This document shows, in pieces, positions 22,276 through 31,273 of a stretch of 34,468 bases of DNA. Below the pieces are notes generated by a model that was not told the DNA's origin, did not search any database, and saw only the letters and a list, made by a program, of their open reading frames with translations. Origin of the DNA: a virus. The first letter of the stretch is position 1, and every line of letters begins with the position of its first letter. The stretch is taken from the IMG/VR virus record IMGVR_UViG_3300045988_066560, positions 1-34,468 of that record, one strand, 5' to 3'. Both the position numbers and the translations under genes were made by a program.

Positions 22276-22728
22276 TTAATCTACAACTTCCCACTCTTCA
22301 GAAAACAGCTCAATCATAGTTTCTTTCCACGGAACACGTCCAAATCTACTTTCTACATACAGATACGGAGCTGTCATTTTGCTATTTTCGTCTGGAAATT
22401 GTGCACGGATAACCACATCTGGTTTCCAATTTGGTAATCGCATTCCCATCCCACGCTTTACCAGTTTTAAGGCATCCCCAAAACTCATTCTTGCTTTTCC
22501 TCCCAAAATTGGTGTGTTTTCAGCGTTGGCAATCATAAATTCGTTGGATGCTATGTTGTCAAAGGTGTATTCCGGTCTTTGGGTATCTAAAAGGCGCATT
22601 ACATCCCCTTCTTTTGTATGCATAATAATTTCGCCGTTTTCCCACGCCCAAAAACCTGCCCAATTTGGCAGTTTCACTTTATTCCCTGCTTTCATTTCTT
22701 TCAGTGCTTCTCTAAAATTCATTCCCAT
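22276..22728 (-). CDS. Tandem DUF2829 / Tad2-like domain protein (150 aa)
   Basis: Two internal repeats begin MNFREALKEMKAGNKVKLPNW and MSFGDALKLVKRGMGMRLPNW. The second ends PYLYVESRFGRVPWKETMIELFSEEWEVV. The ATG at 22728 has an AAAGGAAAA RBS. Confidence 0.6.
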   Translation of the reverse strand: MGMNFREALKEMKAGNKVKLPNWAGFWAWENGEIIMHTKEGDVMRLLDTQRPEYTFDNIASNEFMIANAENTPILGGKARMSFGDALKLVKRGMGMRLPNWKPDVVIRAQFPDENSKMTAPYLYVESRFGRVPWKETMIELFSEEWEVVD

Positions 22729-22762
22729 ATCGTTTTCCTTTCTGCTGTTGCGCCAGCGCAAT

Positions 22763-22990
22763 TTATTTTTCTTCCACTTCTGGAATTCCGGCTACAGAGT
22801 TCGCTACAGATAAGATACCTGACAGGATAGATGCAGATACTACCACTTTCCAATCCACTGCGCTTAACACTGCTGCTGTTCCTACTGTTGCCACAAAGGT
22901 CTGTGCCATTGTTTTTACAGCCCTAACACCTGCTGCCTTTGCCCATTCTCTTGTGTCTACATTTGTTTTTAATACACAATTTTTAAACAT
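22763..22990 (-). CDS. Holin (LL-H/XhlB-like small holin)
   Basis: 75 aa with two hydrophobic segments and a C-terminal VAGIPEVEEK. Strong RBS. Lies between the XhlA-like gene and the endolysin. Confidence 0.7.
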   Translation of the reverse strand: MFKNCVLKTNVDTREWAKAAGVRAVKTMAQTFVATVGTAAVLSAVDWKVVVSASILSGILSVANSVAGIPEVEEK

Positions 22991-23002
22991 ACTCTAATCC
23001 TC

Positions 23003-23287
23003 CTACTTAAAAATCATTGCTCCGATTGCTCCTGCGGCTGCTCCTAATAATGCAGACACCAGAGTATCCCAGCGTTTCGCTGGTTTTTCTTCCAAACTGG
23101 CTACTTTTGCAGTAAGCTGTACAAGGGTTTTGTTCATAAAGCCGACTTCTTTTGTAAGCCCTACCATCTCCTGTGCCAATTGATGTACTACATTAACTAC
23201 TTCCTCTGCACTATCCATGCGGTGTTTTAAGGAGCCAATTTCTTTTTTTATCTCTGCAATAGCTACTGCTGTTTCCTGTTCTTCCAC
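23003..23287 (-). CDS. XhlA-like lysis accessory protein (coiled coil plus C-terminal TM)
   Basis: 94 aa. GTG start with AAAGGAG. C-terminal RWDTLVSALLGAAAGAIGAMIF. PBSX-like xhlA-holin-lysin order. Confidence 0.55.
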   Translation of the reverse strand: MEEQETAVAIAEIKKEIGSLKHRMDSAEEVVNVVHQLAQEMVGLTKEVGFMNKTLVQLTAKVASLEEKPAKRWDTLVSALLGAAAGAIGAMIFK

Positions 23288-23312
23288 GTGTTCTCCTTTC
23301 TTTTGATTTTTA

Positions 23313-23339
23313 GCATAAAAATAAGACCATTAAGGTCTT
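23313..23339 (-). terminator. Weak rho-independent terminator between the tail and lysis modules
   Basis: Minus strand AAGACC-TTAAT-GGTCTT followed by ATTTTTAT. Confidence 0.4.
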
Positions 23340-23492
23340 GCTCTAATCTCCATATATTCTCCTGTCTTAAAATGTCGAACGTTTTATCTTGTTTTTCTCT
23401 GTCTATAAGGTATACTTATCTTAGCTGGATTGCTTATACTCTTGTGTATATTTTTTCCTTTTGTCGTTTGAGTAGCAGTCCAGCTCATTTCT

Positions 23493-23573
23493 TTATTTTC
23501 TGTTTACCTGTATTAAACAAGTAATTACTACTCCTGCAATACTTCCCACTGTAAATGTTAATACATATCCCAT
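23493..23573 (-). CDS. Tiny hydrophobic peptide (26 aa)
   Basis: MGYVLTFTVGSIAGVVITCLIQVNRK. The ATG lies directly after the upstream stop (TAACATGG). Confidence 0.3.
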   Translation of the reverse strand: MGYVLTFTVGSIAGVVITCLIQVNRK

Positions 23574-23574
23574 G

Positions 23575-23760
23575 TTAAATCAGTTCCTCCTGCGGTGCAT
23601 AGACTTCCTCTGCCAGCAATGTAAGGGTTGCATATTCCTCCTCGGAAATGCGGTTCATTGCAAAATATACGTCCAGCTTTGCAACGGCTTCATCTTTTGT
23701 GTCATAAAATTTCTTTTCGATTAAGTTTGTCATAAGTTTTACGATTACTGTGTTATTCAT
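23575..23760 (-). CDS. XkdX-like small protein downstream of the tail fibre
   Basis: 61 aa. ISEEEYATLT resembles the XkdX-family motif. Position after the fibre gene. Confidence 0.4.
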   Translation of the reverse strand: MNNTVIVKLMTNLIEKKFYDTKDEAVAKLDVYFAMNRISEEEYATLTLLAEEVYAPQEELI

Positions 23761-26311
23761 ATTCTGTTACCTCCATGTTATCTAAAATATTATTTGTATC
23801 TGTTTCTATCATCGCTGCTTGGGTAGAGAGTGGCATTAAGGATAAAAGATTTGCAAGGCTCTGTGTCTGTGCAGAGACAGCTTCCTTTATTTTATTGTCT
23901 GTGTAGTTTTTTGTATCGGCTACATAAGATAATTCCATACCTGCTCCTGCATTATTAGTAACTACGGTAGTTGGGTAGTTCGTATGCAGGGCATTTAAGG
24001 TTTTCTGTGTTTCTTCCGGTAATGGTTCCCATGTTTCTGTTTCTGTCTCATACACCACTTCTACTGGCGTTCCGGCTTCTTTTTGCTGCAAAAGCCATGT
24101 TTTAAATTCTTCTGGCGTTGGCTTGTCTGATATAAAATATTTATTCCTAACCGAAATGTGGTCAGAGTATATTCCAATTTTTGCTGTTTCATTATCCCAT
24201 GCGTTACTTACATTCTTAAAGTGCGTACACAAAGAAGAATTATACTTAAACATGCTGTTTTCAAAAAATGATAAATAACAATGTATTCCTCCTGGATAAA
24301 CAGTATTTTTATATTCAATCCAATCTTTTTCACTTAAATCTACCGCTTTACTTTTTCTTGCAATGCCCCAGATACCTTCTCGCTTTTCCAGCTTGTCCCA
24401 TTTGGTTAAATTCAAATCTAAGGAAATGTCTTGTAAACCATTCCATGGTACAAAGTAATTTTCTACGTCTAATGGCTTGTCACTAACCATTATATCAAAA
24501 CCGGAAAATTCTTTATAAGAGGATGATTCTTTATTATCACCTCGAAAACAAAAACTCATATAGCTTACCTTTGTTAAGTCTACGTTTTCTCCATTATTCG
24601 CCGACGCTCCATCAAAACTAGTTTGTTCAATTTCATAAGCCCGTCCGATTTTTCTCGAATATCCATTACTCCCCATATATTCCATATCTTCATCGTAATA
24701 GGTCACATTAAATAGAACATAGCTTTCGTCATCATATGTTTTGAATTTTCCTTTTATATAAACATTATTTTTCCCACTCCATCTTATTGCTTCACTTGTT
24801 ACACTTTGTTTTCGCTCTATGATGTTTACAGAGCTGAAATTGCTTGTAGTAATCTGGAAACCAATCTTCCCTTTATCTCCAGCATTTATAATTTCTTGTT
24901 GCCAATCAGGGCTTGGGGATGGTTTTCCACCTGTGTAAGGTTCTGGATATGTGGCATTTTCTCCTTCTTCTAGCTGAATATAGTGTAATCCATCCAAAAC
25001 TGCTTGATATAGATTTATAGAATTAGTATAATCAGCATTCCTTACTAGTATATAGATATTCCCAGTTTCGTCAGTCATTATGGTTTTAGGGCCATTTTTA
25101 AATACGCCGTTAATATCAGTTCTTTCTCCGTTTAGATACAAGCTTGCAACGGTAGTTTTAGGCACATCACAAGATAGCGTATAATTTGTGTTTGGTTTTA
25201 ATTTCATATCATACCTAAAAATACCCGTATCGATAGTATGATTAAAAACCACAGAAAACAAATTCTTACCAGTTGTCTGTACCTGCTCTGACTTTCCGAA
25301 AATCCTGAGATTATCCAGCAAATGCCCGGAACTATCCCCCACCGCTATGTGCTCCCCGGTTGCCGTGTTAATAATGGCATCGGCTTTATTCTGGGTAAGG
25401 GATGCGATATCAGCTTTATTTTTCTGTATCTGTTCTCTGTCTGCGATAATTTCCTGTGCAGCCGTCTGTACTGCCTTTACCTGTTTATTTCCTTCCGCTG
25501 TTACAAGTCCTGTCTGCTCTGTTCCTTTTTCGGCAATCTTTGTAAGCTCTGTTGTTGTAGCTTCTTGCACGTTTGTTATCTGTTTCTGTCCTTCTTTGGA
25601 AACTTCTGCTTTAATCACATTTACATCCAGTCCAAACCGGTTTACTTTATCATCCAACTCTTGCTTTGCAAGATTTTTCTGCTCGGTAATATAAGTCGCT
25701 GTCTGGTCTTTCACTTCCTGCACAGATGCAGTTTCCTGCCGTTCTACCGCCTGTACAGCATTATCTTTCGCAGTCGCAACCGCCTGTGTGGCTTCTGTGG
25801 TTTTTTCTTCCACATGGGCATCAAATCCATTTACCTGCGTCCTTACATTGTTCTCCGCCTGTCTAGCGCTTTCTTCTGCTTTTTTTGCCTCTCTAGCACT
25901 TCCGGCAGCACTATCTTTACTGTTCTCTGCCTGTCTAGCACTTTCTTCTGCTTGTTTTTTTAACTGTCTTGCGTTTGTTTCCATTTGTGCCACAGACTGT
26001 TTGTCTTCCGCTACTTTTGCAGCGTCCTGTGCTACTTCTTTTGCCAGTCGGACTACTTTATCGTGTGCATCTGTGTATTCTGGCGTTCTGTCTCCCGGCA
26101 TAGCAAGGCACTGCCAAAGCTCTGTTGTTTTCCCTGGCTCTGGTGCCGTCCCTGTAATTGTCTGCCCCAGCTCTGCAAGGCACAGATAAGAGCCGCCCTG
26201 CATGGCAACAAGGTCTAAATATTCATATTTGGCTGTACTGTCAAAATTCCCTCTCGGATTAGGTGCAACATTGCCCAAATCGGTTTCTGTATAATGATTT
26301 TCACTCTGCAT
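23753..26311 (-). CDS. Tail fibre / receptor-binding protein (852 aa) with central coiled coil
   Basis: Largest distal tail ORF. Repeated AEESARQAEN heptad-rich segment. Long beta-rich C-terminal region. Confidence 0.7.
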   Translation of the reverse strand: MQSENHYTETDLGNVAPNPRGNFDSTAKYEYLDLVAMQGGSYLCLAELGQTITGTAPEPGKTTELWQCLAMPGDRTPEYTDAHDKVVRLAKEVAQDAAKVAEDKQSVAQMETNARQLKKQAEESARQAENSKDSAAGSAREAKKAEESARQAENNVRTQVNGFDAHVEEKTTEATQAVATAKDNAVQAVERQETASVQEVKDQTATYITEQKNLAKQELDDKVNRFGLDVNVIKAEVSKEGQKQITNVQEATTTELTKIAEKGTEQTGLVTAEGNKQVKAVQTAAQEIIADREQIQKNKADIASLTQNKADAIINTATGEHIAVGDSSGHLLDNLRIFGKSEQVQTTGKNLFSVVFNHTIDTGIFRYDMKLKPNTNYTLSCDVPKTTVASLYLNGERTDINGVFKNGPKTIMTDETGNIYILVRNADYTNSINLYQAVLDGLHYIQLEEGENATYPEPYTGGKPSPSPDWQQEIINAGDKGKIGFQITTSNFSSVNIIERKQSVTSEAIRWSGKNNVYIKGKFKTYDDESYVLFNVTYYDEDMEYMGSNGYSRKIGRAYEIEQTSFDGASANNGENVDLTKVSYMSFCFRGDNKESSSYKEFSGFDIMVSDKPLDVENYFVPWNGLQDISLDLNLTKWDKLEKREGIWGIARKSKAVDLSEKDWIEYKNTVYPGGIHCYLSFFENSMFKYNSSLCTHFKNVSNAWDNETAKIGIYSDHISVRNKYFISDKPTPEEFKTWLLQQKEAGTPVEVVYETETETWEPLPEETQKTLNALHTNYPTTVVTNNAGAGMELSYVADTKNYTDNKIKEAVSAQTQSLANLLSLMPLSTQAAMIETDTNNILDNMEVTEYE

Positions 26312-26322
26312 TTTTCCACCTC

Positions 26323-27051
26323 CTAAAAATTTAACCGGTAAAGAAGCCGGCTTCCTGCCCGGACAAAGCGTACCTTGTCAATTTCCGGGTCAGAGTACAG
26401 TTTTAAGCGTCCATTTACTACCTTAAAAGCAGCAAAATAGACGTTTCCGGTATCTCCTTTTAGTTCTCCTTCCTTGCCTTTAACATAAGCGTCAATTTCG
26501 TCCTTGGCATCCTCTACCTGTCCCGGAATTTCCTTTACCGTTTTTTTTGCTTCTTCTGCATAATACTTTGCATTATCCTCTGCTCTTTCCGGTAAATCGT
26601 CCCTACCGTGTGCGTAGCCCTCCGCCTGTTTCTGGTGCTCTGCTGTTTTTTCCACTGCTCCATTTACAAGCTCTACAACCTCATGGAAAATGTTTGGATT
26701 ATCGTTCCCTCCACAGATTTTTGGTCTTGCTTTTACATGGATTGCAATCTTCTTTTCTGTCTGCCCCGCTTCTTTTCCTGCCAGATAAAGAAAGGCGTAG
26801 ATAATGTAATTTTGTACAGTGCCTTCGTTTTCCAGCATACAGTCCGGAATAATCACGTCTGTTCTGCCTTCCTGTGTGGTTCCGATACGGATTAAAGACT
26901 CTCCACTCTTTTCCTGTAAGGAAAAATGGACCTCTACAACCGGTGGAAGCTGTAAGCCTTCTATCCGGAGCACCTGCCCGTAATCCCACTGCCATACCCC
27001 GTAGACACTTGTAAAGCTGTCTTGGGTAAAAGTGGCTGTTGTAATATTCAT
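26323..27051 (-). CDS. Tail fibre/baseplate-associated structural protein
   Basis: 242 aa between the baseplate genes and the fibre. The N-terminal WQWDYGQVLRIEGLQLPPVVEVHF style is seen in siphovirus baseplate/fibre proteins. Confidence 0.5.
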   Translation of the reverse strand: MNITTATFTQDSFTSVYGVWQWDYGQVLRIEGLQLPPVVEVHFSLQEKSGESLIRIGTTQEGRTDVIIPDCMLENEGTVQNYIIYAFLYLAGKEAGQTEKKIAIHVKARPKICGGNDNPNIFHEVVELVNGAVEKTAEHQKQAEGYAHGRDDLPERAEDNAKYYAEEAKKTVKEIPGQVEDAKDEIDAYVKGKEGELKGDTGNVYFAAFKVVNGRLKLYSDPEIDKVRFVRAGSRLLYRLNF

Positions 27052-27161
27052 GTTTCCTCCTATTCTGCTAATTTAGCTACTTCCTGTCTTAAAGGCTCCT
27101 GAATTTCTTCCAGTCTTAAATGCCCCATTTTAATTCGCATTGCCAGAAATCTTGCCGTGAC

Positions 27162-27524
27162 TTACACCTCCTTTTTTAAGATTACTTCCTGCAAAGCCGC
27201 CTCTGTTACATCTGCACGCTGGGATAATAATTCAATCTGTTTTTCTGTTTCTGTTTTCTCTCTTAGAGAGATAGTTGCCAGCACTTTTCCTTCTGTCTGG
27301 TCTACGCTTGTAAAAAGCGGACCGGCAAGTTTTAAATCGGTATAAGTGCCTATTACCTGTTCCTCCTGTTTAAACTGCACGCTGTCCAGGTTCCCAGCTT
27401 TTGCAAGTGCCTGTGCTGCTGTTCCAAGGGCGGTAAAATCATTTACTGCAAGGGTGGTGCTGGCAATGCTTGCCCCTGCTAAGATTTCCAGTTCTGTCTT
27501 ATCTTTTAATACAATTTTCTGCAT
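27162..27524 (-). CDS. Hypothetical tail-module protein (120 aa)
   Basis: ORF in the tail operon. Confidence 0.5.
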   Translation of the reverse strand: MQKIVLKDKTELEILAGASIASTTLAVNDFTALGTAAQALAKAGNLDSVQFKQEEQVIGTYTDLKLAGPLFTSVDQTEGKVLATISLREKTETEKQIELLSQRADVTEAALQEVILKKEV

Positions 27525-27551
27525 AATTCTTCTCCTTTTAAATAGAAATCG

Positions 27552-28400
27552 TTATATCTTTCTTCCGGTCCAGCTTCCGCCATTTCGGAACCCAACGTAT
27601 AAGTTGCACCCAGCGTCTACCATCAATAAGCATCCGTCACTCCCGCCATTTGTCATAAAAACGCCCTTTGAATATTGTGGTATAGTTATATCTCCTATCG
27701 GAATCATGGATGTTGCATTAACGAAATACGAATAATTTATGCTGGGTGGATTCCCTATATCGGAAGCATATTTATTCATGGCCCTTTTGTCTACTTCAAC
27801 TATTTCATTTTCCAATGTCTTTCCCATAACAGCGTCTAGGGCATAGCCTTCTTCTGTGGTTGTAAGGGTTTTCACCGTTTCTCTGTAAGCGTGTTGTTTC
27901 AAATCCTTCGAATTTGCTTTTTTTTCATCTGTTTCTTTTCTTATTCGTGCTTCTTCCGTAATCGCTTCTTTTCTTTCCTTTATTTCTATCTGTATTTTTC
28001 CTTCAATTTCTCCTGTCTTAGTAAGGACTTGTTGTATTAAAGTTTCTTGCTGTGCTTCCGTTGCATCATCAAATTTCATGCTTTTTCCGACTCTTACTGT
28101 TTCCGTAAAGCTTACAAGGGCTTTATTATTGTCTACAATCCTAATCTGTATAGCATTCAATCCCTCTAAAAAAAATCCCTTTGTAGGTTTAAAAGAAATT
28201 ACATTATCCATCACGTCTGCAAGAATTTTATCCAACTCCCCGTCTGGTTTTAAGACATATACAACCGCCGCCGCCGTTGCCGGCACAGTAAAATCCATTA
28301 CATGGTATTCTATCGGCACCATATCCGTGCCAATATTGTAGTCGATTATATCTTTTAAAGTATCCCTTAATACGTATATCTGTCTTTTAATGCTTTCCAT
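27552..28400 (-). CDS. Baseplate upper protein-like (BppU N-terminal-like) structural protein
   Basis: 282 aa. N-terminal beta domain then a coiled coil (QIEIKERKEAITEEARIRKE). Position after the tail lysin. Confidence 0.45.
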   Translation of the reverse strand: MESIKRQIYVLRDTLKDIIDYNIGTDMVPIEYHVMDFTVPATAAAVVYVLKPDGELDKILADVMDNVISFKPTKGFFLEGLNAIQIRIVDNNKALVSFTETVRVGKSMKFDDATEAQQETLIQQVLTKTGEIEGKIQIEIKERKEAITEEARIRKETDEKKANSKDLKQHAYRETVKTLTTTEEGYALDAVMGKTLENEIVEVDKRAMNKYASDIGNPPSINYSYFVNATSMIPIGDITIPQYSKGVFMTNGGSDGCLLMVDAGCNLYVGFRNGGSWTGRKI

Positions 28401-28415
28401 CGTCTTCTCACCTCC

Positions 28416-29405
28416 TTATGCCGGTATAAACCTTACAATATACAGCCCTTCCGGTTCCGGTGGAATAATTCCGCCACCACCTTTGTATCGAAGCACCAAA
28501 TCCCACGGATAACTATAAAAGTTTGCCTCATACACTTCTGTTCCCGTCTGGTCTCCAGTTTCCGGATGCCCTCTGCTGGAGGAAGCATGTATAATTCTTC
28601 CGTTTCCTAGATACATCGCAGTGTGATGCGTGGTATTTAAGAATACATCGCCACGCTGCGCTCCGTCTCCGTTTACAAGGTTTACATCATCTGCAACAGT
28701 AAAACCTGCCGCCGTAAAATACTGCTTCATATTTCCGGTGTAAACTCCCGTACCGCCTCCAATGTTCACCCCTGCTTTTCGATATGCCTGTGTAACAAAG
28801 GAAGAACAGTCGTAATCAGGTCCCCAACGGTTTTGCTGGCTGTATCCGTGGCTGTCATCCGCTGCGGTATCGCAAGCCCACTTGATAGCCTTTTCAATTA
28901 CGTCTGCACCGGAGAATTGTTCCAGATAGTTGTACCATTTTCTTGCACACTGTCTCCTCTCTGCTTCCACTTCCACGCCGGCACGTTCAAAATTCTTTAA
29001 AAATGCACTTGCTAAATATTCGGGGCTTTCTTTGCTTGTCCGGAACTGTTCAAAGGAAATAGGATAAGCAGATGTTTTAATCCACTGCCCCGAGGAAACG
29101 GTTAAATTCTGTATCCAATAGAGCTGTCCGTCTGGATCCGTAATGCTATACCCGTTCGCTTTTGCCCAGTTGGTGTAATTAGTTGCCGGAGTCCACTGCA
29201 CAAGCCCAAAGCCACCTTTATAATTTCCTTCCTGTAAGCTCTGCCATAGTCCGGGGTTTATATTCGACTCTTTTTCCATGTTTCCTAAAATGCCACTGAT
29301 GGCATTTAAAGACCATCCCATCTTTGCAAAGTATTTATGCACTTCGATGGCATTCCCCTGCATCTGTGCTTCCGTCAGGTACTTATTTCCTATCGTCCAT
29401 GCCAT
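28416..29405 (-). CDS. Virion-associated peptidoglycan hydrolase: tail-lysozyme-like N-domain plus NlpC/P60 (CHAP-like) cysteine peptidase
   Basis: GILGNMEKESNINPGLWQ...GGFGLVQWT, then DCSSFVTQAYRKAG...GDVFLNTTHHTAMYLGNGRIIHASS. The true start is the ATG at 29405 (TAATG coupling with the upstream gene). Confidence 0.8.
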   Translation of the reverse strand: MAWTIGNKYLTEAQMQGNAIEVHKYFAKMGWSLNAISGILGNMEKESNINPGLWQSLQEGNYKGGFGLVQWTPATNYTNWAKANGYSITDPDGQLYWIQNLTVSSGQWIKTSAYPISFEQFRTSKESPEYLASAFLKNFERAGVEVEAERRQCARKWYNYLEQFSGADVIEKAIKWACDTAADDSHGYSQQNRWGPDYDCSSFVTQAYRKAGVNIGGGTGVYTGNMKQYFTAAGFTVADDVNLVNGDGAQRGDVFLNTTHHTAMYLGNGRIIHASSSRGHPETGDQTGTEVYEANFYSYPWDLVLRYKGGGGIIPPEPEGLYIVRFIPA

Positions 29406-31273
29406 TAAAACGCACCTTCTTTCGTATTTCCCCCTACGACTATGCCATTTACTAGCTCTACAAATGTTCCATCGGAAAATTCCAGTCTTCCGGTTTTTGC
29501 AAGCTTGCCATTTACATCCAGTTCTCCGGCGCTTATTCCCACAGCATCTCCGTCTTTTCTTACCCAAAATCCCCCTTGGTAAGAGTCTTTTGGTGTTCCT
29601 CCTGTAAAAGCGGTGTAGCTCGGCCAACCGCTCGGAAGACCTTCCGGTGTGCTCGGTAAGCTTCCACAGCAATGGACGCTTGCAATTACATCTCCATCCA
29701 CTCCCAATATTTCAAGATTTCCACCGTTAAACCGGAACCCTCTTTCCACTCTTCCAATTGCAGATGTCTCAATTAAGAGTTGTGCTGCTTTTATAATTCC
29801 TTTATTTAAGTCCAGTTTAAAACCTTCTAAGCCCTCTATGTAATTTTCCGACATTAGCTCCCCACCACGGATGCGGTCTGCAAACATTGTTCCGGCCACA
29901 ATCAAATCTGCGGCAAAGCCTTGCCCTGTTCCAAATGTTTTCCAATCCCATTCTCTTCCGTCTACTGTTCTTTTGCTTGCAATCTGGAAGCCCATAGTGC
30001 CTAAGCATAAGGCTCCGTATGTCGGTGATTGCTCATCTAAATCCTCAAAAAGCACTGCTCTTACATTGCTTTTTCTTGCAGCACTGCTCTGCGCTCTCAT
30101 TTGTGCTTTAACGCCATCTATTAAGCCTTGTATCTGCTCTCCTACTACAGTTCCGTCTGGCCGTATAGCGTTATCTATTCGGTTCGCTGCACTTGTTATA
30201 TTGTTAAAATAATTGTATTTGTAATCTCCCAGTTCTACTTGCGTAGTTTTCTTTTTTAAGCAGTCGTATTCCAATTCAATTACCCTTGCATCTGTGGTAA
30301 TTCCAAGCTTACTGTGCTTGCAATGCACCGCGTCTCCCAACCCTACTTTTTCTAGCTCTTTGTATTCTCTGTATTCTTCTGTATTTTCCAGTAATACAAT
30401 TTCTACAGACATGGAAAGCTTTGGCTTGTCAATTCCGCTTTCGTACTGCTGTCGGCATTTTTCTTCCAGAGCCTTATCTAATTCTTTCTGTGTTTCGCAA
30501 ATAATTACTCCGTTTGCTCTGTCTTCTTCTGATGCATCCTGTTGCATTTTTACATCATCGAAGGTCATTGTAGCAATCTTTACAGTCGGGTACTTGTTAA
30601 TCAATTCAGAATCTACAGGGTTAGTGCTCTTGTATCCGTTGTAGGCCTTTGGGAAAATTCTTGTTACTACTTCCCTTGTATCAACTTCTTCCTGTATTCC
30701 ATCCTTTTTAATATTCTTCCCGTAAAGTATTTGCACTCCGTAATCATTTCCTTGTTTCTTATTCACAATTATTTCGTAATTATTAAAAAAGATTTCTCCG
30801 CCCCAGCGATTTATAAAAGAGTTGTCCTCGTTGCCATTTAAAGCTTCGATAAAATTTTTGTATTCATAGTAGGCGGTGCTTCGCACTGTAATATCTGATT
30901 CCGCGCTGTATTTTCTGTTTGGCGCAAGCATGAGATTAAGGGCTTCTTGTCCTGTCTTGTTTGTTGGTCGGATGTCTTCCAAAAAGCAATCCTCTCTTGC
31001 ATCCATAAAAATAGGTTCCGCAGTGGCAGTGACTCCTGTCTCCGCTTTTTCTGTATGCTTAATTCGAAACAACTGTTCTCCGTTAAAAGACGGTACTTTT
31101 ACTACAGCTTCTTCTGTAATATATTTCCATCTGCCTTCTCCGTCTATTGGATGTTGCAGTTCTAAGTTCCATGCTCCGTTTAATGTAGCGTGCACAAGTG
31201 CTTTTTCTGGAAGCAAAGGCATATCTCCATTTGCTTCAAAATTCGTGTTCTCTGGCTTATAAATCTGTATCAT
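29405..31273 (-). CDS. Tail-associated lysin / tail tip protein (Tal, prophage tail endopeptidase-like)
   Basis: 622 aa following Dit. TAATG coupled start at 31273. Confidence 0.7.
   Translation of the reverse strand: MIQIYKPENTNFEANGDMPLLPEKALVHATLNGAWNLELQHPIDGEGRWKYITEEAVVKVPSFNGEQLFRIKHTEKAETGVTATAEPIFMDAREDCFLEDIRPTNKTGQEALNLMLAPNRKYSAESDITVRSTAYYEYKNFIEALNGNEDNSFINRWGGEIFFNNYEIIVNKKQGNDYGVQILYGKNIKKDGIQEEVDTREVVTRIFPKAYNGYKSTNPVDSELINKYPTVKIATMTFDDVKMQQDASEEDRANGVIICETQKELDKALEEKCRQQYESGIDKPKLSMSVEIVLLENTEEYREYKELEKVGLGDAVHCKHSKLGITTDARVIELEYDCLKKKTTQVELGDYKYNYFNNITSAANRIDNAIRPDGTVVGEQIQGLIDGVKAQMRAQSSAARKSNVRAVLFEDLDEQSPTYGALCLGTMGFQIASKRTVDGREWDWKTFGTGQGFAADLIVAGTMFADRIRGGELMSENYIEGLEGFKLDLNKGIIKAAQLLIETSAIGRVERGFRFNGGNLEILGVDGDVIASVHCCGSLPSTPEGLPSGWPSYTAFTGGTPKDSYQGGFWVRKDGDAVGISAGELDVNGKLAKTGRLEFSDGTFVELVNGIVVGGNTKEGAF

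Noticed and set aside
23753-26311. Looked for a diversity-generating retroelement (template/variable repeat pair) around the fibre gene, and for retron or CRISPR arrays genome-wide.
   Set aside because: There is no reverse transcriptase ORF anywhere and no regularly spaced repeat array. The only fibre repeats are in-frame coiled-coil duplications.
27060-27161. 26-aa micro-ORF (MRIKMGHLRLEEIQEPLRQEVAKLAE) in the gap between tail genes.
   Set aside because: It is very short, has no clear RBS and no distinguishing features, so the evidence is insufficient.
29406-29672. N-terminal 89-aa extension of the tail lysin ORF (track 28416-29672).
   Set aside because: The extension is an Arg/Cys/Lys-rich out-of-frame overlap with the Tal gene. 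The real start is the ATG at 29405, coupled by TAATG to the Tal stop, after which the lysozyme-like domain begins immediately.
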